Origin: Bugula neritina
Taxonomy: Eukaryota; Animalia; Bryozoa
DNA length: 64,000 nucleotides
Assembly (NCBI GenBank): GCA_964035545.1
Contig: OZ037765.1
Location: 16,864,995 to 16,928,994, forward strand
Reading direction: 5' to 3'
In this document: piece after piece, positions 13,282 to 24,874 of the stretch
Numbering within the stretch: the first letter of the stretch is position 1
Layout: each line of letters opens with the position of its first letter
Notes under the pieces: model-generated
What the model saw: only the letters and a program-made list of their open reading frames with translations
What the model was told of the DNA's origin: nothing
The model's database searches: none
Made by a program: the position numbers and the translations under genes

Positions 13282-15804
13282 TCACACAAGGGTGATGGCA
13301 TGTTTTCGCAGGTTGTCAAAGTATGTTATTAGTGTCCCTGCCAAAGCTTTATTTAGTATTGAGGCAGGAATATACCCCTACAACAGACATAAGCAGGAAC
13401 ATATAGTCATGGTTACCAGTTACTCCAAACCTAGAACTAAATTACAATGAAAATTTAGACTATCTTAAAAGTTTTTTATTAATAGCTTATGGGAGTATTT
13501 AGCAAAATATCATATTTCTAGAAAAAGCTTCCACAAGCAAGTAGGCTACATACATCAGATGCATGCACCTAATAAAAAACATAAAAGTTATTAAAAACAT
13601 TAAAACTATATGTGATTTATGAGTGTTTGTAAACAAAATTATTAAACATATTTATTTTAGTTAAAACATCCTTTTCTCAACTTATGCACTGAATGCAGAG
13701 TTATATTTTACTAAATTCAGAGACTGACTGACATGTATGCTCTGCAAGTGTTGAAACTACAATGGCCGAAAAATTATGTCAATACCTTTTTATTAAAAAA
13801 ACCACAACTCTAAGTCAATAAGTTCTCTCACAATTTGACCGAGTTTTGTACCCCTATGACCGTTGTGCTCCCGTTACCCCTACTCACCTAAGGTGATGTG
13901 GGCACTTATTTACACATATCTATTTAGCTACCCAATCTGTCTTATTTCTTTTGATGAAGCACAAATAACATTTACTCAGCACAAATTTGTTAGCTTCCAA
14001 AATCCTTAATTTTCTGATAAAGAGAAGGCAAATCTAATTCATATAGTATCACAGATTGGCAGTAATGAAGAAACCAATTTTTTATATACAAGCTTTGTGT
14101 ATGTGACAGCTTATTACTTTAGCCCAACTTTATTTGAGTTACCTTAACATCTGTGATAAACAGCCACTGAAAGGTAAGGGTGTTAGCACCAGAGTCCTTC
14201 ATCCTCATAATATTGGGTCCTTGTTCACCCCTCACATACCCGGACTTATGTGGTAGAGTATCATATTCTACTGATACCGAACTCATAAGGTACCAGCCAT
14301 CTATTTTCTCCCAATGTCTCACTATTACAAAATCCCTGTGTTGTAATGAACATGGACATAATAACAAAATGCTAATTTAACTTATGCAATAGGGGTAAAA
14401 ATATAACTTATAGTGTATTACATTACAACTACAAATGCAATTTGACTAAAACTTATTAAGCATCATAGAACTTTAATATAATTTATTGTAATTATAGTTG
14501 GTAAAACGTTAGGATAAATTGGATTGATGACAACCTGCAGCAGTCTTATCTAACTTGAGATTTAGAAGATAAATGCTAATTATTGTTATGAAAATGAGAC
14601 TTTCATCAAGTAGCTTGCTTATATAACTTAATTGAAAAAAGGGCATACATACACTATTTCTTAGCAAAAAGAAGAAAATACCTGCTAGAAATAAATCCCC
14701 CGCCAGCCGAGGCAGATACACTGTAGGATATATCTGTGTTGTTATTCAAGGGCTTGATAACTTTGACTTCCTTGATTGTGGGATTCCATGTTGGTGCTGT
14801 TTCAGAATTTCTGATCATGTCATAAAACAGCACCTTACTAGAGATGCCAGTCATACACCCCTATAGAAAACAAAGTTAACTTACAGAAATTTAATCAAAA
14901 TTGTCAAATCAAGTCGAGTCAAATCAGTTGGGTGAGCAAAGGGTTTCAAGTTACTGAATTCAGAAAGTATTCCATGTTGATGTGTGACTTGGACCCAGTT
15001 CGAATATTAAGGTTTTGATTCATCATTAAAAACTAGTGACTGTTTAATGTGATTGTCAAACTGCTGTAACAGTAAAGGTAACTTCAATACCAACCAACAA
15101 CGACGGTAATCTAGTATGAAAATTAGCTAAATACTCAATCAATAATCAATAAGATGCTCTGAAACTATAATTATACAAAGTTTAGTCAAACAAATCTTGT
15201 AACTTGATGAATACTGGGAAGCTCACCTCAAACTTATGTACTTTTCCCCACTTTTTTATTTTCTTGCTATAGACTAGACCTGTCTTGCAAGACTCCCCCT
15301 TGTCTAACAGCCACCCATTTTTTGACTCCAATATCCCTATGCCTTCTTGCTGAGCAGCAGCACTGGCTGAAAGATATTTAGCAACCTACAAAGTAGAATT
15401 AATTCGTGTTGCATAGGTTGCATACATTAACTAAGTATAGCTAAAAATGAAACATAATCTTCTACGCACAGCCCCAGTGTAGCAATAGTACAATATCAGA
15501 GCAGAGTACCTTGAAGAAACTGCAACCTAGTGAAAGTTATATGATAGCAAAATTCGTAAATAAAACAGGAGTATAGGTAGGTTACCTTTGGATTAGAGTC
15601 ATCCGAAGTATGAGTTCCCAGAGTCTTAGCTGCTGGAGAATTTAGATCAGCTGGTGGCGGCAACTTTGGCTTTGTTGTCTCTATGGTTTCTTCTACCAGT
15701 TCTAGCTCATCAATGTTTGTAGAGGTGGGATGCCAGTTATAGTATATAGCAGCCATGCACGAAACAGCTAAAGCAATAGCTATAATCACTGAAGACTTAT
15801 TCAT
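13282..15804 (-). CDS. START-domain protein (STARD3/StAR subfamily paralogue) with N-terminal signal peptide or signal anchor
   Basis: Exons 15804-15586, 15385-15227, 14860-14682, 14335-14143, 13377-13282 give an intact ORF. START motifs WNPTIKEVKVI, ISSRDFVIVRHW, YVRGEQGP, DVKGYIP...LRKH. N-terminus MNKSSVIIAIALAVSCMAAIYYNW. Confidence 0.88.
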
Positions 15805-16800
15805 CTTGATCCCCCAACCTTGTGTAGTAGATAGTTTTAGGCAAATCCAAATTTCGATTGTATAAAATTTATTGGCTATGGGTGAAAGCCCTAAACTGCC
15901 GCTGTACTGCAGTGTATGCTGGCGTCACTGTCAGCCACGAATTAGGCTCTGACTTTTTGAACACGTTTAATAGCCAACCTGTCACATGCCTTGTAAGTTG
16001 TATGCACAAGTAGTGAAGTTAAACTGCTTCTACTAGCCCCTTTGTCATTAACGGCTGTATCAATCATCTATGAATAACGAATAACAAATACTTCGCTATT
16101 GAGGCATTATATTCGACGATTATAGAACACCAATCAGCTTCTGAGCTGGGGTTGCACTCGAGTCAAGCGTTCAACTGATGAAGATCTGTTGATATGTTTC
16201 AAACCTTTGCACTTTGAAATCAAGAGCATGTTGAAACGAGGCACTGGTTACTGTGGCTCTAATCTGCACACACACTTTCAGCTGCTAGATAAGATTGTGG
16301 TATCCAACATAGTTTTGATACAGCAGCTGATTTACAATTTATTTCGCAATCAAAAAACCAACCACATGAGATAACTTTAAAGTATAATTAGACATTGTAA
16401 AGCTATGATTGATTAAATATTTAGTATTATTTGCAATGATTAACTTCCCAGTCTAAAATATCTTATAGATATGACTCATATTAAATTGAAAAATTCTGAA
16501 AGTTGATAACAAAGCAATCATATATAATATTTTGTACTCATTGCTTTTCTCTAAGATCGGATTTCATTGAGTGCGTATACAACTGGCTGACAATTATGAG
16601 GTCAACATTTACCCATGCCCCGTGATTCAGGGTTCAAATTTATTATTGAAGTACAAAACAATTACAATAAACTACTGACAGGTGACCTTTGCTGTTCAAC
16701 AGATATCCAAAGGTCATCCACACTCCTGTTTGTTTTTGTGAGCAGATGCAAAATCCTGCATTTCAGTGCAGTGTTTCAATGATCAGAACACCTCTATTTA

Positions 16801-16944
16801 AGTGTAGCAGTAGAGAAAGTTTAATAGCCTAAGTTTTTAACTCTTTAAATAAACTTTGTTTTGAGTTGTAGGTTGAAATTTCGCTTGCTACATTTCTAAT
16901 CTAGAACACAGGCTTTTCTCAACTTCTCCATTACTGCATATACC
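16801..16944 (+). repeat. Dispersed ~150-bp MITE-like repeat, copy 2
   Basis: GGTTGAAATT...TTGCTACATTTCTAATCTAGAACACAGGCTTTTCTCAACTTCTCCATTACTGCA is colinear with copy 1. Confidence 0.7.
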
Positions 16945-17039
16945 TCATCCAAACAAATCCAATGAATTGTGAATGTAAGAGTTCTGTTATTATAGTCTTA
17001 TGGTAAAAACGCTTGAGATTGCATTATAAAGTGACTTTA

Positions 17040-17260
17040 GGTAATAATGGCACAATAATAGTGGCACTAATGGAAAAGTATGTAAAAATGGCACACTGAT
17101 GTTAAATTTTCCCAAACTCCAACCTAAAAACTCCACCCCAAACTTCCACCCCCAAACTTAAGCCCTAAACCCCAAAATTGAAAATGTGTCATTTTTACTT
17201 TCCTTTCCATCTGTGCCATCATTACCTATGCCACTTTTGCTGTGCCAATTTTGCCGGACA
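17040..17260. repeat. Small foldback-like element: inverted modular arms around a C/A-rich spacer
   Basis: Left arm ATGGCACA/GTAAAAATGGCACA, right arm TGTGTCATTTTTAC/TGTGCCA; spacer of CCCAAACT/CCCTAAAC-like units. Confidence 0.6.
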
Positions 17261-18242
17261 CTTGGACACTTTATAAAGTGGTTAGATATGAGCTACGAAA
17301 ACTACACCTGGTGACATTTATAAACTTCATCATACTCTTGTAGTGAAATATTTTTGCTACGGATGTTATAAAATTTTGATTCTGCTTACTTCTTCATCAA
17401 AGAGCTCAGAATTTTCAGCTTTACTGAGAGCAAAATTATGTCAGCGGGTCGCAACAAACTAACTAGTGACTGGTAGGAAAGTTAGTCACTGGTAAAATAG
17501 TTAGTCAATGGTACACTAGCTGGTGACTGGCAAACTGCAAGAACTTGTAAAAGGCATTGCTGATCTTTTTCTTACTGACAAAAGTGTTGGATATATGGAG
17601 ACTCTTGTATACAAGTGAAATCAAATTTCCATCAGTTTTCGCTAAAAAGTTATCCCAAATTAAGCAGATATTAATAGCCATCTTTCAGATGACTAAAATC
17701 TCTCAGAAAGACTCATTATGTGGAGGAGTTTGACAAAGCAAACATACACATTACATGATATAGAAAGCTATAACTTTATTTACATACAATTTATATATCT
17801 TATGTGGACAGAAGTTGTTGAGCATCTAGTAAATACACATTATTTTGCTAGCAAATCATCAGTAAAATAACCAACTATAGAATACTGAACTGTATTGTTG
17901 ACCTCACATTCTTTATATCGATGCTTAAAAAATGTAAATCTAACAAATATTCAAAATACTTGAAGCTTTTATGCAAAAACTAAAAAATAATTATATAAGC
18001 GAAGTTATAAAATAATGATGAAATTTCTATTATGACAATATTTATAAAATGGCTATAATTATACAATACTGTCATTCAATAAAGCTTAAAGTCTTTTCAA
18101 GACCTTAAATTTTCAAAATTTTTTGATTTGTTTCTGTAGTTGAAGTATAAGTGACAAGCTAAGGAGCTCCAAACTTAAAGATTAAGGTGATCCGCAAACC
18201 TAAAAGTTGCTGATGAAACTGTAGAAGAATTAAGTACTGCAG

Positions 18243-21200
18243 TTACTGAGTCAAAGTAGCTGCGTGTTTCCTAAGATTGACCAGATAAGCCATTAGAACC
18301 CCAGACAAAGCCTGGTCTATCAGGTACTGTGGCAGCCACCCCTGTAAGATAACACAGCAGAGTGAGTTGTGGATACCCCTGAGGACATAGGTTAAACAGC
18401 CACAAGTATTGATTGATTGATTGATTACATATCGCAGTCATGAAGACATGTCGCAAAATTCAGCGTAAATACCGGCCTTAGTAAGTAGACGAAAACAAAG
18501 TGGAAAACCAACTACTAGTGTGCAATGAGTAATGGTGACTCAGTGATATGTGGACATTGACACATTTAGACTGCATCAGAACGACCTACAGACCTTGAGA
18601 TTAGAGTTGAGTAGCCATTCCATGAAGACTTTGTTAGTGTCCACATGCTTCAGTCTAATAACTCCCGGACGCTGTTCACCTCTCACGTACTTTGGGTGAG
18701 GAGGCATGGAGGGAAAATCCACTGATACGGAGCTCGTGATGTACCACCCATCCAGCTGTTCCCAATGTCTCAGCACCACAAAATCTCTACGGAATAGTAA
18801 TAACTTTCAGTACTAACTCATGAGCATGAATAGATAAACTTATACATATACAAAACATTAGTGCATATAGAATAGCAACTAAGCTCTGTTTACATTTCAA
18901 CGGAATTTAAGATAAAATTATTTTGACATTTGAGAGACCCGTTAAGAAACGGTTCTCCAAACAAGACCCTTCCTGATCACTTAAGCATTCACAACTTAGC
19001 ATTGATTAACAAATAGGAATAGAGAGCTCACACAGCTCTATTAGGCAGGAAAGAGATTTAGGAAAACCACACATTGAATCCGCATGCAAAGTCCTCACAG
19101 CAAATCATACCAACATGTACCTGAAACTGCATTATCACGGGGTGGGTATAAAATGCAACCCGTTCCTTGTGATTTCAGAAATAAGAAACAACTAAGAGGG
19201 GATAGATCTGTGTATACCTGCTGGATACCATGCCTGCAGCCCCCTCTGCTGCTATGTTGTACGTAATCTCGGTGTTATCATCTACCGTCTCCAAAGTTCT
19301 AACCTCCAATACTGTAGGATTCCACTTTGGTATAGCTTCAGCATTGTCCACCAGGTCATTGTATAAACTTAGTGCATCAATATCTATCACAGCCTATCAA
19401 CAGCAAAGTAAGGAGTTGCTATCTCTTTCAACTTTAATCAACCTTACCACAGTAATTGCTTCTGTCATACCTACCAAGAGCCTAACGCACAATATTCTCA
19501 AATACATTAGAATATGCTATGAAGCTTAGAACCTCCAACATGTTTTAAAATTTGTTGATAAACTATAGAATTATAGACATCTAAGTCAATAGTTGATTCA
19601 TAAAAGCATTATAAACTTTTACAGTTTGGCAAGAGGATTCTACACTCTTTCTGCTAAATAAGTCTGAAATTAATTTTGCCAAGTCAAACTATATATAGTG
19701 GGTAAGGTGGATGTGTACATTGTCAAGATGATTGTTCATGGCAACTGATGTCGAGTCAGCCTTATTATGCTGTTGGAACCGATTCCACCGACCAAATTGA
19801 TATAAAAATTCCATCGCTAGCCAATGCATAGGAATACAACTAAATATTCCAGGCACCACATCTCCCATAAGGAATCAAACAGTGAATAAAAGCTATGGAC
19901 AGCATGATAACAGCTGACTTGTGTAATTTATGTGTGTAAATGATCAGGAAATGCTCAATTGTTTTTTATCAGATACGAGTCATTTTATAAACTGTCTATA
20001 TTATAAGCAGGCATCAGAAAAGTAAACTTCAACAACAAGCTAATTTGTTGCTAAGCTGACTTCTTCTAAAGATAAGTTGCAATAAACTCCAGTAAAACAT
20101 TCACAGGTGAAACTAGCAATACGAGGTTCTGCCTGTATACAACATTTCCTTACCACTAGTTTGAAAATTTTTCCATAAGCTTTTGTATGTTTAGAATACA
20201 CGATTCCTTCGGTCTCGTCGGTACCAGACTCCTTGTTCCAATCATCAGAGTCAGCCAGCTGGATGGCAACCCTCTGAGCCTCAGCTATTACAGTCTTATA
20301 ATGTGTCCCCTGCAGAGTAGGAGACATGCAGTAACACTAGCCAGCACCACCTACTTACCATATATTGGCACCAATATCCTTGGTCAGTTCATCAAATTAC
20401 TGATGCCATTTATTTTTCCAATAAAAGAACTTAATGAATATACAGACATAACTACAACTTAAATTACACTATGATTACATAATAGCTTAATTTCCAATAA
20501 AAAATTTGTATTACACTATAATCCCACCAACCTGTGACATGCTACTCGTTAAACTGTGTGTTCTGCTGTGTGACCGACTCGTTGCTGCCGAATGGAAACT
20601 TCGAGCTTCATCGTCAGAATCTGCACCATAATATTACTATTGATAATCAGTTCAAAATATACCGCCTCTTCTAAATTAACTCTCAAAATAACCGCAATGC
20701 ATGAAATTTAGTGCAGTGCATTAGATTTAGTGCAGTGCATTAAACTTAGTACAGTGTATTAAATTTAATAAGAGCACCTGAAAACACTACAAGAACATGC
20801 AATGCAGAATGCACCACCAGCAAAAATATAAATATAATACTAGCCTTGGTTCTGATCATCAGAATCTGAGTGCACAGGGGAGTAATACGACTCCTCCGTC
20901 CTAGCTGGCCTCAATAATCTAGAGAGCAGCGGTGAATTCTCCGTATGCTCGTGGGCAGCTCTCTCCCTTGCAGCCAGCACTTAATATGTAATGATAATTT
21001 ATTAGCCAATATATTTTCAGGTACACCATAAAACAAATAAACCACTCAACTGTTTATCATTTACAAACCCCTGTTTCACAATTTACAAAAGATCAAGCCA
21101 ATGGGTACATTGTTATCAGATATAAAAATTATAATAGCAAATATTAGAATTTTCAAATTCAACAACAGTTAGCTTGGCTATAATATCAACCGAAAGTGGA

Positions 21201-24200
21201 ATGTGATATTATAGTTTTAGTCTGCATCTACAATCGACTGACGAGCTAAATGTTGCGGTCATTTTCAGTTTTGAAGTGTAGCATCAGCATTAGCAAAATT
21301 CAAAGAAACTGACAGCTTCAACATTTCTCATAACAATAAAAGCTGCCATGTTCAAATTGTAGTATTGTATCACGTAAATTATATTAAACTACCATTATGC
21401 TGAGAAATCATTCTATTTTATTTCACAGTTGGTAAGAAGCAATAAATTAAAGCTAACTAATACTTGAAAATTTTAATAAAAATGTATTACCAGCAGTAAA
21501 GTTTTAGGATTGACTTTATGTCACAGATTGTTAATTTGATAATACAACCCCAGTTTGTCTTAATTCACCACTTAATTGGTTAAAATTAAAGGATTACAAA
21601 GTCTCCAAGCCTCCTAATTGAAAACATTAGAGCATATGAACCTGTAAACTTATTAAGCTAAACACTCACAGTGTGAAGACCTAAGGGAGTTGTTTGCCCT
21701 GGTTCAATATGTAGGGCATTTTTAGCTAAAACTATAAAAGCTACTTCATATTGATTGTTAGCCAGTAATGAAGAAGTAATTAAATAAATTGTGTAAAAAC
21801 AGTACAACCAAGCATTGCAAAGCTGCAAACCATGAAGGCATCTTTTGCTTACATCTTTCCATTTCTTTCTTTTCAGTTGGCAAAACTTTTAGGTCCATCA
21901 GCCAAGTTTCCACCCAGGATATTACCACAGAACTTATGAGTACAATATAGGCAATGATCTGGAGACCAGCATTGCCTGTTTTGTCATACTACAACAGCAA
22001 TTTAACCATCAAAAGTTCAAACAAACAAAGCAATATTAAAAAGCATCAGCTCTAACTACCTGAGACAGCATACATTGAGTAGAGATGAAAAGTTTCAGAT
22101 ATAAGCTGAGGAAATATGTCAATATTCTAGTGAACATTCTTACACCTGACCTGGTCTAGTAACTGTCATTTTAGAGCTGGGTTAGTGTCATATCAAGTCA
22201 ATAGTTATCCAAGTCAAGTCATGTCCAGACAAAAAGTCCAGCCAAGTCCATCAAATATGTGATTTTCAATCTATATATACACCCTTTTTGCATGCAAGAA
22301 TATATTTGAGTCAATTATTATTATTTAAATAAAAGATTTTATCTTTTTACTTTGTGCCATTAAATTCAGTGATTGGTGAGTGACTGCACTCTTAAATCAG
22401 ACAGTAAAAAAAGTAAATGCTACCTTTTACTAAAAAACTTGTCAACAATATTTAATAAAGTTTTTTAAAACAAGCTTGCTATTCCTAGTTTTAATTCTTG
22501 CACAAAACAGCAAGCGGTAAAGAAAACAAAATTGAAGTCAGAAAGCCGATGTAGTGGCTGTAAGCTCATCAGCAAATGGGAGGTGAAAAAATTAGTACCT
22601 ACATGTGAGGGTCATCACTAGCGTGCCCAATTGCTAAATATTCATGTTGAAATTCATGCTAAAAATTCTGGAAAATCTCATCAAACGAATAAAAATTCTA
22701 CTTTTTTATACATGATTTTTTAATTCATCTACCAGAACGCTGGCTGCAAATTTTAGATTCGGTAGGACGTTTCAGTACCAAGACACTACAGCATGTGTGT
22801 TGTGTGCGTGCACGGTTGTGATTTTGTATCTATTGCTCGAGTTTCGTTTCATGTTTTTGCGTAGCATTGGTATGTTTGCAACTTTTTGTGATAAATACAT
22901 ATGTTTATATGTTAATATTTTACTTTTGACTTATAATTTCTTGTTTAGCTTATGGTGTAATCAAGGTATGACCCAACAATATTATATGATGAACCAAATT
23001 GACTACCAAGTTGAAAAACAAATCCTAAGATAATTATTGCTATATCCAGATTTTGTAATTGCATAAATTACTTGCAACAAATAATTAAAAATTTTCAAGT
23101 TGAGTCGATTAGTTGGTCAAGTCAATAATTTCAAAAAGTTGACCCTGAGTAAAAGTATTTCCAGTGTCGAGTATGCAATCACTCAATGTGAGTTAGACCC
23201 AGCTCTGTTTTACACACCATCTACATAATATGCACACAAGTCTTCTCTTAATAAACAAAAGCAGCACAGCTTTACAGAAATAGAAACAATATATTTAGTA
23301 TTTCTGGTAAAGACAGTCTTACTTTATAGAGTACAACTTTACAGAGCATGAAGACACCAGACACGAGAGTTGTCCCCTGTATAACAGAGAACACATGATT
23401 TAACATATCAAACAGACACCTGAAACACTTGGCAAGTTTTGGATGAAATGCAATGAAACGGCAAGGCTAGTGAATTATTTAAAATTATAGAATAAATTAT
23501 TTTAAATACAAAATAAAGCAAACTACAATCATGTTCAGATAAAATGCAACATAATTTGAATATATTCTTTTAACACAGCACAAATACCAAATGTCATCAA
23601 TTCTCTCAAATAGAGGTAGTGAACCAGTGAACTAGCACAGGTAGTGAGGTGAAGTAATGGATAACTTACCGCTACAAACCATGGATACTTTGACCTAAAT
23701 AGGGCATACGGCAGAAGCAGTGTTACAAACCGAAAAGTTGATAACATCTAAAATAACACGAAAACATATGCAAGCTATTCCCATATCTTACAGGCTATGC
23801 ATAAGAAAACTGGTATAAAAAGAATAAAAATAAATTGAAAATAATATATTGATCTTTAGCAATGCTGATAAAATGTTGCCACTAGTTTATACACTGCCAT
23901 GTTCAAAGTGATGTTGAGAAAAAGGAATAAGAGAGTACACCATTAAGCTACTAAATTAGCAGCTTAATAAGTAAAGTTATTATAAGTAGAACAGTACGTG
24001 GAGCTTAAAGACATCTGCCATGCATCAGCAAAATACTGTAACTATTGAAGTCATTATGAATTCAGGACAGTGTGGTTATTAAGGAGAAACATATGAAAGC
24101 AACAAGAAACATAGAAAATGGAAAACTATCAAGAACTCTTAAATTTAAAACAATTGTTGTATAACAATTTAAAAAGTGCTTTTATATCAAATCTTATAAC

Positions 24201-24874
24201 AGAACTTGTTCATTATCCCAACTCCAGGATATAATTCTAAGAATACAAAAATTTGTTTTGAGATGCAGATTTCAATGAGATCATAATTTCCTATATATGG
24301 AGCTACCTGTAGATAATAGCAGTTAAGGTTTAAGGAAATAGAAAAGTTATCATGCATTTTATAATTACCAGTCAGATAGCATTTGTCTTAAAATAATTTT
24401 TATCCATATATTACCTAGAACTAGCACTGTCTGATGGAAACTTAGGGCAGAATATAAAAACCAAACTTGCAAAACAGCCCAATGTATCATCAATTAAACA
24501 AATTACTTTTGACCAAAACTTTTGACAACAGTTATAAAGCACTACTCACCACTGTGTCAAATAAAGAGCTGCAAAATGTATAATCTACAACCTCGCTTTT
24601 GAATGCCGCTTTAGTGTTGTCCCCGTCCGACTTTACCTAAAAGTCACAAAATATTACCAATAGCTTTAAATATTTGAAGTCAACAACACCTGAAAGCACC
24701 AAGATTGGCAAACAGATAAATTGGCCAAGTGCCAAGAGTAAATGTATTGCTTACCTCCGTATGTATTAGCCACAGGATCACAGAAACTATAAGATCAAAC
24801 AGCACCAATAAGCAAAATGCCCTTCTTAACGGTGAGATGGGAACATTTCTGATGACAGTTTCCACACTATCCAT
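18243..24874 (-). CDS. STARD3: STARD3/MLN64 (MENTAL domain + FFAT-like linker + START domain), late-endosomal cholesterol transfer protein
   Basis: Exons 24874(24893)-24755, 24636-24550, 23747-23670, 23376-23323, 21988-21853, 20979-20845, 20620-20532, 20309-20154, 19393-19218, 18786-18594, 18341-18243. MENTAL motifs ISPLRRAFCLLVLFD, SSLFD, SWVETWLMDLKVLP. Linker YYSPVHSD. START motifs SSRDFVVLRHW, YVRGEQ, LKGWLPQYLIDQAL. Start codon is tentative. Confidence 0.93.
20704..20767. repeat. 19-bp tandem repeat, 3 copies
   Basis: (AAATTTAGTGCAGTGCATT)n with variants. Confidence 0.85.
22172..23207. mobile_element. Possible hAT-like non-autonomous element in a STARD3 intron
   Basis: Short inverted ends TAGAGCTGGGTT...GACCCAGCTCTG and subterminal AAGTC/GAGTC repeats; no matching 8-bp TSD found. 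Confidence 0.4.

Noticed and set aside
16189-16374. ORF or extra START exon between the two START genes
   Set aside because: Both genes already have complete terminal exons; no START similarity or consistent splice phase here.
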